Both the position numbers and the translations under genes were made by a program. 64,000 nt of DNA from a virus: IMG/VR virus record IMGVR_UViG_3300047284_000378; one strand, written 5' to 3'. Below are positions 1 to 9,147 of the stretch, one piece after another; position 1 is the first letter of the stretch; each line of letters starts with the position of its first letter. The notes beneath the pieces were generated by a model. That model was not told where the DNA came from. It ran no database searches and saw only the letters and a list, made by a program, of their open reading frames with translations.

Positions 1-371
1 ATCCAATGGTCGGGGTAATGAGTTTGCAGGTAAAAATTTATACCGACGAATATGTTATGAACATCATTACACCAGCGTTGATCTCGATTGAATGTATCAT
101 GTAAAGTGGGAAACTCAAATTGAGTTATATTTTTTTGTTTTAAAAGTTTTTTAAAATTTGAAATTTCATTTAATAACTGTGAATATATTTCTATATGCCT
201 ATCGTCTCGAAGAACAATCGGTGCATGACCATATAAATTAAGTATTCCTTTAATAGGACATATTTTTTGAAGTTTTACACAATTATCAAACCAACGACGC
301 AGTACCGAATTATCGAGCACATCAATTACTATCTGTGCATTTGAATCATTTGATTTTAGAATTATTTTCAT
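1..371 (-). CDS. Hypothetical protein, partial (runs off the window start)
   Basis: Manual translation from ATG at 371 (MKIILKSNDSNAQIVIDVLDNSVLRRWFDN...) stays open to base 1; absent from the ORF track; minus-strand TAAATA lies 5 nt upstream. Confidence 0.7.
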   Translation of the reverse strand, partial: MKIILKSNDSNAQIVIDVLDNSVLRRWFDNCVKLQKICPIKGILNLYGHAPIVLRDDRHIEIYSQLLNEISNFKKLLKQKNITQFEFPTLHDTFNRDQRWCNDVHNIFVGINFYLQTHYPDHW

Positions 372-376
372 AGTGT

Positions 377-393
377 TATTTAATCACTAAATA
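377..393. promoter_or_regulatory. Back-to-back divergent late-type promoters (TAAATA)
   Basis: TATTTA at 377-382 (minus-strand TAAATA) and TAAATA at 388-393; similar to the T4 gp55 late consensus TATAAATA. Confidence 0.55.
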
Positions 394-401
394 TTTCACC
401 T

Positions 402-980
402 ATGTACAATATAATAGACCACAACGAAACTTTTCAAAAATTTGATTTTAGTTCCACGATCAGTCAAAAAGATAATAACGAAGCCATAGGCATTATAAAA
501 AATATTATCGCTGATGGGAATTACTTCACGAATAGCCCTAAGTTCCAAACTAAAGAAAATATTTTTTCTAGATCTGAAGCTATATGGTTAAAATACAGAA
601 TGAGTTTCTTGTTCTCGGTGTTTATGTACTTAGGTCGTGAAGTAAAGGTCAGTAACATGATGGCCTGGTCATTCATGACTAATCTTGAGGGTGCCGAGGA
701 TCGAGAAAAACTATGGCATCATCATTGGCATCCAACTCGCCCCGAAGCTAAAATGCTCAGCGGTATTTGGTATCTACATATACCAGAAGACGTGAAAGAT
801 CGTGACTATTGCGGAACAGAAATGGCTCCAAATGGCATCAAAGAGGATGGCAAATTTTTTGTCAAACCCACCGATTACAATTGGTTGATATATCCCAGTG
901 ATCGGTGGCATAGACCCGGTATCGTACAGAGCAACGATTACAGATTTATTTTAGCCGCGGACATCGAATATCTTCCTTGA
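402..980 (+). CDS. Putative 2OG-Fe(II) oxygenase-like protein
   Basis: WHHHWH, LSGIWYLHIP, IYPSDRWHRP and RFILAAD motifs fit a double-stranded beta-helix dioxygenase. Confidence 0.6.
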   Translation: MYNIIDHNETFQKFDFSSTISQKDNNEAIGIIKNIIADGNYFTNSPKFQTKENIFSRSEAIWLKYRMSFLFSVFMYLGREVKVSNMMAWSFMTNLEGAEDREKLWHHHWHPTRPEAKMLSGIWYLHIPEDVKDRDYCGTEMAPNGIKEDGKFFVKPTDYNWLIYPSDRWHRPGIVQSNDYRFILAADIEYLP

Positions 981-987
981 TTCAAAA

Positions 988-1077
988 GGAGGATGCAGCA
1001 AGATGGTTCTTGCACCTGTTTGGAAAACAGGCGGCTGGCGTTGGCTGGCCGGGGTTCGATTCCTCCTTCCTCCGCCA
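988..1077 (+). tRNA. tRNA-Ser(GGA) with non-canonical 8/4 acceptor/T-stem
   Basis: Acceptor GGAGGATG/CTTCCTCC; D-stem GCAAG/CTTGC; anticodon stem CCTGT/ACAGG with loop TT-GGA-AA; long variable arm; T-loop TTCGATT; G73 and encoded CCA. Confidence 0.9.
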
Positions 1078-1078
1078 C

Positions 1079-1107
1079 TTGACAATCGCAAGAAAAGACT
1101 ATATAAT
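1079..1107 (+). promoter_or_regulatory. Sigma70 promoter, perfect consensus
   Basis: TTGACA 1079-1084, 17-nt spacer, TATAAT 1102-1107; ATG follows at 1114. Confidence 0.85.
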
Positions 1108-1113
1108 AGTGTT

Positions 1114-1338
1114 ATGTATAAAGTAAATTGGAAAGACACAGCGGGTAGAGGCTGTGTGGAAGAAGTAAAAGATCTATCGGAAGCTCTGGCTTTCGCAAAA
1201 GAATTAGGTATACTGGTCACGATAAACGGTGACGGTATGGAATTAGTCGGCGTCTTTGGTGCAGATGAAATCAAGGACGGTAAATTACCCAACGGAGAAG
1301 CTTACAGCTGGTATAAAAGAAGATATGTCAAAAAATGA
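1114..1338 (+). CDS. Hypothetical protein (probably leaderless mRNA)
   Basis: MYKVNWKD...; the track's upstream extension to 1003 runs through the tRNA. Confidence 0.7.
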   Translation: MYKVNWKDTAGRGCVEEVKDLSEALAFAKELGILVTINGDGMELVGVFGADEIKDGKLPNGEAYSWYKRRYVKK

Positions 1339-1543
1339 TTTAATTGAATTAACAGGTAAGATCGAAGAAGTCTTGCCTGGCAGTATGTATAGAGTAAAAA
1401 TAGACAACATGCCTAACGTCATAACTTGTTATACGGGAGGCAAGCTCAAACAACACAAGATTAAAATCATTCTTGGCGATCGAGTAAAAGTTGAAGTCAG
1501 TGCCTACGATTTAACCAAAGGTCGTGTAACATATCGTTTATAA
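1325..1543 (+). CDS. infA: Translation initiation factor IF-1
   Basis: MSKNDLIELTGKIEEVLPGSMYRVKID...GKLKQHKIKIILGDRVKVEVSAYDLTKGRVTYR, a typical 72-aa IF-1. Confidence 0.95.
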   Translation: MSKNDLIELTGKIEEVLPGSMYRVKIDNMPNVITCYTGGKLKQHKIKIILGDRVKVEVSAYDLTKGRVTYRL

Positions 1544-1552
1544 GGAGTTAAT

Positions 1553-2230
1553 ATGAAACGAGTGATTGAAATCCGTGCCGCAGAGGGCGGAGAAGATAGC
1601 AAATTGTTTGTCAGCGATCTCGCTCAAGCATACGCCAAACTAGGAACCAAACTGGGTTGAACTACCCGCCTGATAGATGTACGTCCTGGCGAGTGTTCAT
1701 TACTTGTTGAGGGCGTAGATTTATCCGGCTTAGACAATGAGCCCGGTGGTCACAGAATACAACGAATTCCTCCTACAGAGCGCAAGGGCCGAGTTCACAC
1801 CAGCACCGTTACCGTCGCTGTCATAGACGGCGAGGATGTCTGGACAACACCAACTATACATAAAAACGATCTCAAGATTGAATGGTATAGTGGTACTGGT
1901 GCTGGTGGACAACATCGAAACAAACATCAAAATAGCTGTCGCATAACACATCTGCCTACAGGTATCATGGCCAAAGCAGAATGTCGTAGTCGACAATCTA
2001 GCCTAGATTCGGCTGTGGCAGAAATACAACAGCGTGTTGACGCAGCAGCCAAAAGATCATATAATAATAGTATAGCGAGCAATAGAAAGAATCAAGTAGG
2101 ATCGGGTATGCGTGGAGACAAAATCCGCACATATAGATTCCAAGATGATACTGTACAAGATCACCTAACAGGTCAAAGAGCCAAGTGTTCTGCTGTGCTT
2201 AAAGGCAATATAGATTTACTTTGGAGATAA
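1553..2230 (+). CDS. prfA: Class I peptide chain release factor, RF1-type, lacking domain 1, with in-frame TGA at codon 36
   Basis: SD TAAGGAG then MKRVIEIRAAEGGEDSKLFVSDLAQAYAKLGTKLG*TTRL...EPGGHRIQRIPPTERKGRVHTSTVTVAV...GAGGQHRNK...KIRTYRF; PxT motif 1769-1777, GGQ 1904-1912, TGA 1658-1660. Confidence 0.9.
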
Positions 2231-2232
2231 CC

Positions 2233-2742
2233 ATGCCATGGATTCAGAATGTAGCCTATGCAGATATACCTAAGCGCCATCATGTTGCTGTAGGTGAGAA
2301 TTCCATGTTGATCCAGATCGTCGATCCGGCCATGGAGTTTCCTAACCCCGCACACGAGTTCAAAGAAGTTCATCAGTTTGAGTTTCTTGATCTTGAACGC
2401 GATGACAAGTGGGGTGAGGAGTTTAAGATCACCGACGATCAGGCCGCAGAACTTGTTCGTCTATTGCGACATGCTCTAGATAAACATATGGACGTTATCG
2501 TTCATTGTGTCGCTGGTGTATGTCGTAGTGGTGCAGTATGTGAAGTAGGCGTTATGATGGGCTTTCGTGATACAGAAGCATATCGTAGCCCTAACTTAAT
2601 GGTCAAGCACAAGATGATGAAAGTCTTGGGTTGGACCTACGATGAAAACGAACCGCACACTATCAACGGTGTGCCCTTTGAATACGACGATCTAGGCAAC
2701 AAAAAGATTTGGGTGCCGCCACAACGTGAAGGAGATATCTAA
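2233..2742 (+). CDS. Cys-based (PTP/dual-specificity-like) phosphatase
   Basis: HCVAGVCRS = HCX5R active-site loop. Confidence 0.8.
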   Translation: MPWIQNVAYADIPKRHHVAVGENSMLIQIVDPAMEFPNPAHEFKEVHQFEFLDLERDDKWGEEFKITDDQAAELVRLLRHALDKHMDVIVHCVAGVCRSGAVCEVGVMMGFRDTEAYRSPNLMVKHKMMKVLGWTYDENEPHTINGVPFEYDDLGNKKIWVPPQREGDI

Positions 2743-3041
2743 TGGGTGATGAATACGAAGTCCCTAGCCATACAGTAGAAGCACTAGACAGATATTGGAC
2801 ACACGGTTACTCGCCAGGAAGTTTTCTCAGCAGTCTGCTCTGCGGTGATATCTATGGCGCTATCGGTAGAGCAGATCATTGGAACAAGGCTTCTCTAGGT
2901 CAGATTGTAGAATATATCGTACATAAGGCACCACGAGGCAGTTACGGTACACCGGATCTGTATCAAGATTGGATTAATCGGGGTGTGGCTTTTCAGCAAC
3001 ACGAAAAGAACCGTGTAGTTGACATTTTGAGCACACCATAG
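2742..3041 (+). CDS. Hypothetical protein
   Basis: 99-aa ORF coupled to the upstream gene (TAATG overlap). Confidence 0.65.
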   Translation: MGDEYEVPSHTVEALDRYWTHGYSPGSFLSSLLCGDIYGAIGRADHWNKASLGQIVEYIVHKAPRGSYGTPDLYQDWINRGVAFQQHEKNRVVDILSTP

Positions 3042-3047
3042 TATAAT
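3019..3047 (+). promoter_or_regulatory. Sigma70 promoter, perfect consensus
   Basis: TTGACA 3019-3024, 17 nt, TATAAT 3042-3047; ATG at 3054. Confidence 0.85.
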
Positions 3048-3053
3048 ACAATT

Positions 3054-3458
3054 ATGGAATACGCCGTACAATCTCGAAGCAAGCGAACCCGGCAGTTCAT
3101 AGAGGGAGTACTGCCCTCTATGATAAAACAGTTGGGTTTAACACGTAGTAAAAAACTATTGTTTGTCAAAGTTGTTAGAGAACAACTCGACGATAATGAT
3201 GGATTGACCAGTAATTTAGCACAGTTCGGAGCTATCGTGATTTTACTCAAACCACAGAGCTTTGAAAAACTAGGGGTCACACTTGCGCATGAGATGGTCC
3301 ATGTAAAGCAAATGGCTAAAGGTACGTTGAAAACCGTTAAGGGTATAAATTATTGGAATGGTCGTAGATACAGTAAACGCACAAAGTATCTCGATCAACC
3401 GTGGGAAATTGAAGCATTTAGTAAACAAGAGCTCATCTTTAGGAGAGCTATAGAATAG
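3054..3458 (+). CDS. Putative zinc metallopeptidase
   Basis: TLAHEMVHVKQ (HExxH) and downstream PWEIEA glutamate motif. Confidence 0.7.
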   Translation: MEYAVQSRSKRTRQFIEGVLPSMIKQLGLTRSKKLLFVKVVREQLDDNDGLTSNLAQFGAIVILLKPQSFEKLGVTLAHEMVHVKQMAKGTLKTVKGINYWNGRRYSKRTKYLDQPWEIEAFSKQELIFRRAIE

Positions 3459-3471
3459 AAAGGAGGGTAAA

Positions 3472-4077
3472 ATGCCTAGCGTATTTTTAGTTAGCGATAC
3501 GCATTTCGGACACGCTGGCGTTTGCCGCTTCACCCGAAATGACGGAGTTACGAAGTTGCGTCCCTGGGACGATCCTGCGGAGATGGACGAAGCTATGGTC
3601 AAGGCTTGGAACGAAAGAGTCAAGCCCACAGACAAAGTCTACCACTTAGGCGACGTTGTTATTAACCGTAAGGCATTAGGTACCTTAGCCCGTTTGAACG
3701 GCGACAAGGTCTTAATCCGCGGTAACCACGACATCTTCCGTGATGACGAGTACAGGCAGTACTTCAGAGAGTTACGTGCATACCATGTTATGAACGGCAT
3801 GATCTTAAGCCATATTCCTGTACACAGCGATAGCTTAGGTCGGTTTGGTGTTAACATCCATGGACACTTACACGCAAACCGTGTTCGTAAGGCTCGTGGC
3901 GTTGATGCTAGGACCGGTGAAGTGTTATACAGTGACGAGATCGATCCACGTTACCACTGTGTTTGCGTAGAACAAACTCCAGACTTTGCCCCTATCTTAT
4001 TCGAAGACGCTATCAAACGTATCGAAGCAGAAGGCGGTGAAGTAGGTTTTAGGAACGGCAACGGTCCTACTATGTGA
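3472..4077 (+). CDS. Calcineurin-like metallophosphoesterase
   Basis: SDTHFGH, LGDV, RGNHD and HGHLH motifs; strong SD AAGGAGG. Confidence 0.9.
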   Translation: MPSVFLVSDTHFGHAGVCRFTRNDGVTKLRPWDDPAEMDEAMVKAWNERVKPTDKVYHLGDVVINRKALGTLARLNGDKVLIRGNHDIFRDDEYRQYFRELRAYHVMNGMILSHIPVHSDSLGRFGVNIHGHLHANRVRKARGVDARTGEVLYSDEIDPRYHCVCVEQTPDFAPILFEDAIKRIEAEGGEVGFRNGNGPTM

Positions 4078-4094
4078 CATTAACTACGCACTTT

Positions 4095-4122
4095 ATAGGG
4101 CTCTTCGGAGCCCTATTTTTTT
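4095..4122 (+). terminator. Rho-independent terminator
   Basis: ATAGGGCTC-TTCG-GAGCCCTAT followed by a T tract. Confidence 0.9.
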
Positions 4123-4184
4123 GGCTATAGGTTCTGGAACGTGTGACATAAATATATGAGCTTGGTAAAGTTTCGGAGTCAAAT

Positions 4185-5915
4185 ATGCCCTTACAAATTA
4201 AAAGAGGCCCAACAGCAGATAGAAGCACTTATACACCCGTACAAGGTGAATTGGTATTCGATACTGATGAGAATAAATTATACGTAGGTGATGGTGCTAC
4301 CGTCGGCGGTGTCGCCACTACCTCAATAAGTTTAGAAGATGCTGAACAAGAAGCAGCGTCTCTATTCACTACTGGTATACATACAGGTATTTCTTTTACA
4401 TACAATAATTTGGCTGGTAGGATCGATGCACAGGTCGCAGAATTTTTAGAATCAGATATTAAAGGATCAGTCTTTGCTGATAACAGTACACTACTTGTAG
4501 ATGGTGTATCAGCAACATTTAACCTAGACGGAACAGTCAAAGGTAACATCATACCTAACGCAGATTCTGCCTATGATCTAGGGAGTGCCAGTTTTAAGTT
4601 TAGAGATCTTTATCTAAGCGGAACTAGTATTCACTTAGGATCTGCTGTGATAACTTCAACAGGAACGGCTGTTGATTTACCAGCAGGATCAACAGTAAAC
4701 GGAAATATCATCGGTGCATCCGGAAGCGGAGTCGTAGAAGGTAGCACCTATAAGATCAATATCGCTGCCGATGACAGCAGTATCATGCTAGATACTGACC
4801 TAGAAACTGTCACTGCTTCTGGTGGTTTTTTTGGTAACCTAACAGGTTATCACACTGGAGATACCAAAGGTTCTGTATTCGCAGACGATTCATCTATCTT
4901 AGTAGATGCAGTCAGCGGAGTTATATTAGGCGATGTAGCCAGCCAAGAAATCAAACTAGGAACAGCCACAGCTTACAATTCACGATTCCATAGTACAATA
5001 CCAGGCGAGATAACCACAGATGTTACCGGCAGTATCGTTTATAGAGTAAATGCTCAGACCGTAGCTTTGGGATCAGAATCATACTCTTCTCGTCTAAATG
5101 TCTACGGTGATGGAGCTGTAGGTACCGTAGGTAATTTTTATACCGCGATCTCGGGCGGCGGAGCTCTTAGCAAGAGACTTGTGTTCTATAGAGCCAACGG
5201 TAGTAATGCTGCACCTACAGCCATAGCAGACTCAGAAAGAATCATAGACATAGATTTCAACGGATACGATGGTACTGACTATGTTACTAGTGCCACTATT
5301 CGTGCTATTGTCGACGGATCAGTAACTACTGGCAGAGTTCCGGGTAGTTTAATTTTCTTAACAGCAGATAGTACCGGTACCCTTCAAACAGGAATCAGAA
5401 TTGATTCGACCAACGGAGTAACCTTACAGGGTAATTTAACCGCAGATTCTGGTAGTGTTTTATTTTACGGATATAGTAATGCTCAGACTGCCAAATCATT
5501 AAACCTATATCGAGCCAGAGGTAGTAGAACATCTTTCTCAGTGGCCCAGGCCAATGATCACATTTACTCTTTAAAATGGAATGCCTATGACGGTTCTGCC
5601 TATCAGCAGGTTACACAAATCAGAGGTGAAATAGATGGTTCGTTGTTAGGCGGCGGAATCATTCCAGGTAAGCTAAGAATGATGACTGTTGATTCAACAG
5701 GAGTCATGGCGACTGCTATCGTTATCGATAGTTTACAGAATGTTCAAATTCCTAAGAGACTAACCATACAGAGCGGCGGAGTTTTGACCTTATCTGTATA
5801 TGCAGATTCTACTGCTAGAGGAACTGCAATTCCAGCTCCTACTGCAGGGATGGTTTGTATAACCGGAACTTCATTTACTTTCTATGACGGTTCTGCCTGG
5901 CAAACACTAACCTAA
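4185..5915 (+). CDS. Tail fibre / virion structural protein
   Basis: Mtd_N-like N-terminus (LQIKRG...GELVFDTDENKLYVGDG), internal duplicated modules, Gly/Thr/Ser-rich; TAAATA at 4149-4154. Confidence 0.7.
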   Translation: MPLQIKRGPTADRSTYTPVQGELVFDTDENKLYVGDGATVGGVATTSISLEDAEQEAASLFTTGIHTGISFTYNNLAGRIDAQVAEFLESDIKGSVFADNSTLLVDGVSATFNLDGTVKGNIIPNADSAYDLGSASFKFRDLYLSGTSIHLGSAVITSTGTAVDLPAGSTVNGNIIGASGSGVVEGSTYKINIAADDSSIMLDTDLETVTASGGFFGNLTGYHTGDTKGSVFADDSSILVDAVSGVILGDVASQEIKLGTATAYNSRFHSTIPGEITTDVTGSIVYRVNAQTVALGSESYSSRLNVYGDGAVGTVGNFYTAISGGGALSKRLVFYRANGSNAAPTAIADSERIIDIDFNGYDGTDYVTSATIRAIVDGSVTTGRVPGSLIFLTADSTGTLQTGIRIDSTNGVTLQGNLTADSGSVLFYGYSNAQTAKSLNLYRARGSRTSFSVAQANDHIYSLKWNAYDGSAYQQVTQIRGEIDGSLLGGGIIPGKLRMMTVDSTGVMATAIVIDSLQNVQIPKRLTIQSGGVLTLSVYADSTARGTAIPAPTAGMVCITGTSFTFYDGSAWQTLT

Positions 5916-5917
5916 TA

Positions 5918-7189
5918 TTATCTGATCCACTCAGCATGGAGTCTTTCGGTAACACCGACTGACTCCTTTTTAAAATTAATTTGTTTGAACCCGAATTCAG
6001 AGGAAAATTCTTGAAGCTTTTCCATGGTCCAGGGATAGAAATCAATAGCCTTGCAACCTTCGTGCTGATGATCTTTATATCCGGGATTAACTCTCCAATA
6101 GATTCGACCAGTATCTTTTAAACAAGATACGACTTTTTTTATTTGATTTCTGATATCGTCGTCAGATCCAAAGTTTATGCTACCGAAGCAGATAGCTACA
6201 TCAAACAGCCTATCCGGTTCATAGTTTTCTATGGTAGTAATAACATCTGCTTGATCGAAGGCTGGATCTATACCTATGACATTTTTACATAGATTTTTAA
6301 AGGGATTATACCCGCAGCCTACATCCAGTACCCACTCGTCGTCTCCGATCTGTGTTGCCAACTCTCTGTGAGTATAGTCAGGACACTCTCCGTAAATAGG
6401 AGACCATTTGTTAGCAAAATAATCATTCAACAGTCCCTGATCTAATGCTCTTTCTTTCTTTTGTAAGATAAAAAAGAATCTGTTGTTGCTGTCTTTTTTG
6501 AATGAAATCAAATTAAGATTATATTTCTTAGACAGTTCGTATACAGTTTCAAAATCCCAAGGAAAAATATCTACATAGGGTCCATTGGGCCACGAAATTC
6601 CGGGATTGGCTCTAAAATATATCTTGCCCATAGGCATTAGAAGTTCTACTAGTTTTCTAAATCTCAATTCTATCTCATCTCTTGAATTGAAATTCAAACT
6701 TCCAAATGCTATGATATGATCGAAACTTTCATTTTCGACTTTAAAATCTAATACATCGACCATATAGTCAGCACAATTATTGTAGGGATCAATACCAATA
6801 AGATTACTAACTCGTCCTTTGAACTGATTAAAACCGCAACCAAAATCTAAAACTGATTTAGGATTTTGTTTATTGATTTCTTCTACTATAGACCAACCTG
6901 TGTACTGATATTTTTCAGTATTAGGTTTCCATATTTCTCCGAAAAATCTCATAAGGTATCGCTGATCTAAATTTTTACATACCTGTTCTAGGGTTCCCGA
7001 TAAATCAATGTTAGATAATATTAATTGTTCTTTAATATGATTTTCAAATTTCTGTAATCTAGCAGGAGTCCACGGCAACTCTAACAATACAGTTGAAGTA
7101 TTGATTTTTTCTACTACTTCTTTGTACTTGGGTAAGCTAAAGGCTAGGTTTAGCTCGTCATAGAGTAATTTGTAAATTTTTTGATTCAT
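5918..7189 (-). CDS. Tandem class I SAM-dependent methyltransferase (two domains)
   Basis: VLDFGCG...IGIDPY...ADY and VLDVGCG...IGIDPA...ADV, each followed by GSLNF/GSINF. Confidence 0.8.
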   Translation of the reverse strand: MNQKIYKLLYDELNLAFSLPKYKEVVEKINTSTVLLELPWTPARLQKFENHIKEQLILSNIDLSGTLEQVCKNLDQRYLMRFFGEIWKPNTEKYQYTGWSIVEEINKQNPKSVLDFGCGFNQFKGRVSNLIGIDPYNNCADYMVDVLDFKVENESFDHIIAFGSLNFNSRDEIELRFRKLVELLMPMGKIYFRANPGISWPNGPYVDIFPWDFETVYELSKKYNLNLISFKKDSNNRFFFILQKKERALDQGLLNDYFANKWSPIYGECPDYTHRELATQIGDDEWVLDVGCGYNPFKNLCKNVIGIDPAFDQADVITTIENYEPDRLFDVAICFGSINFGSDDDIRNQIKKVVSCLKDTGRIYWRVNPGYKDHQHEGCKAIDFYPWTMEKLQEFSSEFGFKQINFKKESVGVTERLHAEWIR

Positions 7190-7301
7190 TTGACATCCTT
7201 GCTGGAATTATATACGTATTTATTTGCTATTTGTTTGTGCAATAAATTATTGATATTAGAAGATAAATACAACTGTTATCTTAATAAATTTGGAGAAAAA
7301 A

Positions 7302-7838
7302 ATGCCGAAACTATTTTTTGTCGTAGGGCCTATAGGTACCCATAGAGGAATCACGGTCGGTCTTATAGAACTATGCAAATCTCTAAATAAAACATTTTTT
7401 GAAGTAACTTTGGGTGCTAACAAAAATATAGCCAAGTACGGGTCTAGCCAACCAGATGTAGTAGTTACTAGGGTAGCTGAACACATGGCGGCCCCTACCG
7501 AAGATGTTATTATTTTTAATGGATTTAAAATAGCCGAACATATCGGATCAATATATCCGGTATATAAAGATAAGGCAACCTTTATATTTTCAAGAGAAAG
7601 ATTTCCTGGAAGTACTTCTGAAAGTTTAAGATTTCATAGAAAATACGCACCCGACGACGTAGTAGATAATGTTGTAAACAGTCAGAAAACGGCTATTGCC
7701 AAACTAGTTTCAGATCATAATCTAGACTTATCCTACAGATCAGTGAATTGGGATCAATCTATGTTCGAAGGCTCGGTCTTAAATAGCGAAGAAGGTGTTA
7801 CTGAAATTGCGGTTCTTGGATCGCTGAATTTAAGTTAA
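7302..7838 (+). CDS. Hypothetical protein (P-loop-like N-terminus)
   Basis: KLFFVVGPIGT; SD GGAG before ATG 7302; TAAATA at 7264. Confidence 0.6.
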   Translation: MPKLFFVVGPIGTHRGITVGLIELCKSLNKTFFEVTLGANKNIAKYGSSQPDVVVTRVAEHMAAPTEDVIIFNGFKIAEHIGSIYPVYKDKATFIFSRERFPGSTSESLRFHRKYAPDDVVDNVVNSQKTAIAKLVSDHNLDLSYRSVNWDQSMFEGSVLNSEEGVTEIAVLGSLNLS

Positions 7839-8405
7839 AGTCCAAAGCCTTACTCGCATCGGAGTTTCGATAGATACTCCATCTTCAAAGTAATCTTTTA
7901 GATCAAAATCTCTCCAGTCGTCAGCACCTATTTGATCTGCCATGTTATCTAATGTCTGATATTCCTCGTCGAAAAGTCTAGGTAAGTCATTGGCAATTAA
8001 TTTAGGCTTATTAAAATTATAGGTCTTCATGATGTGCCTATCTCTTTTATATGGCTCTAGAAATTCGTAATGATCTTTTATGGTCTGCTCCATATCCTTT
8101 GGTTTGAAAAACCAAAATCTAGTGCCTTTGGGACTGTAAGGAACAAAATATCTCTTGATAAGATTATTTTTGCTGTCTTCCGCGAAATGTTGTAGTCCGA
8201 TATTTCCTTCTTGAGTTGTAGGATCATCGTATAACAAAGATAATATCACGTCATCAAATCCTACTCTGGTAATGGCGGTATTAAAAAGCCCTTTACCTAT
8301 CTTATGTAGAGATAGAGCAGGAGTTGAAATTCGCGGATCATTGCTCAATACTTTACGCATCACGTGGTGCGTGAGTCTTATTCCTATAAAAAAATTAATT
8401 CTCAT
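7830..8405 (-). CDS. Hypothetical protein
   Basis: ORF in the minus-strand operon; start chosen at MRINFF. Confidence 0.6.
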   Translation of the reverse strand: MRINFFIGIRLTHHVMRKVLSNDPRISTPALSLHKIGKGLFNTAITRVGFDDVILSLLYDDPTTQEGNIGLQHFAEDSKNNLIKRYFVPYSPKGTRFWFFKPKDMEQTIKDHYEFLEPYKRDRHIMKTYNFNKPKLIANDLPRLFDEEYQTLDNMADQIGADDWRDFDLKDYFEDGVSIETPMRVRLWTLT

Positions 8406-9147
8406 CTTTCTTCTCAACGTTAAATTGTCTAGGAGTTCCGTACTTAATAGTTACGTAACATGAGTTTCCTAGATTTCTACCCATAGATGCTTGACCACAA
8501 AAGCTATCTATACCGTCAGGATGTCTAATTCTTCCTGCGTTTTGTTCTATTAACAAGGTTGAAGGCTCACCAAAATGCTCTCTAAAAAAATCAACATTAA
8601 GATATTGCAATTTCAGATTATGTTTATTAATCCAGGCATCGATATTCTTGCATTGAGTAGCTACTTCATTCCATACCTCTCCCCAATCTCTCTTATAAAA
8701 GTCATAGGCATCGTGTACGATATCGTGGCCGTCACAGACCTGCCACCATATCCACGACTTATGAGGCTCTTGTCTTGTGGTCAGGATATCGCACTCTGGA
8801 AAAAGTTTTTCGATGTGATCGAAAAAATAACTCCAATAGTGACTCTTGTGAGTTCTAACTATATAGGGGATTTCGCTTTCGTCCGGCACTTCGTCAGCAT
8901 AAGCAGAGTCCAGCATATTTTCAATTTCTTCTCTTGAATATTTGTCGAAATTTAAAACCCAATCGTATCCGGGTTCATTGCCTGGATTCCAATATGCACC
9001 TTGATGTCCGTGCCAATTTCTGTTCTTGTTAACATCTGAATTGTCTGTGTAAGGAGCGAATCCTGCTCTTAGTACTCTATCAGTACTAGACCACATCGCG
9101 CCGGGCGATCCAGTGATAAAAATTCTTTTTACTTTTGCTTTTGCCAT
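8395..9147 (-). CDS. Sulfotransferase-like / P-loop protein
   Basis: IFITGSPGAMWS and HQGAYWNPGN; paralog of 16131-16841. Confidence 0.5.
   Translation of the reverse strand: MAKAKVKRIFITGSPGAMWSSTDRVLRAGFAPYTDNSDVNKNRNWHGHQGAYWNPGNEPGYDWVLNFDKYSREEIENMLDSAYADEVPDESEIPYIVRTHKSHYWSYFFDHIEKLFPECDILTTRQEPHKSWIWWQVCDGHDIVHDAYDFYKRDWGEVWNEVATQCKNIDAWINKHNLKLQYLNVDFFREHFGEPSTLLIEQNAGRIRHPDGIDSFCGQASMGRNLGNSCYVTIKYGTPRQFNVEKKDEN

Noticed and set aside
951-1338. Track ORFs 951-1292(-) and the 1003-1113 extension
   Set aside because: They overlap the tRNA and a consensus promoter; the real start is 1114.
1658-1660. Selenocysteine insertion at the RF1 TGA
   Set aside because: The aligned residue is a structural aromatic (Trp), not a catalytic Cys. 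There is no recognisable SECIS and no sel gene in the window.
1967-2230. 87-aa stand-alone ORF from the track
   Set aside because: It is the C-terminal part of the release factor and lacks the GGQ and PxT motifs.
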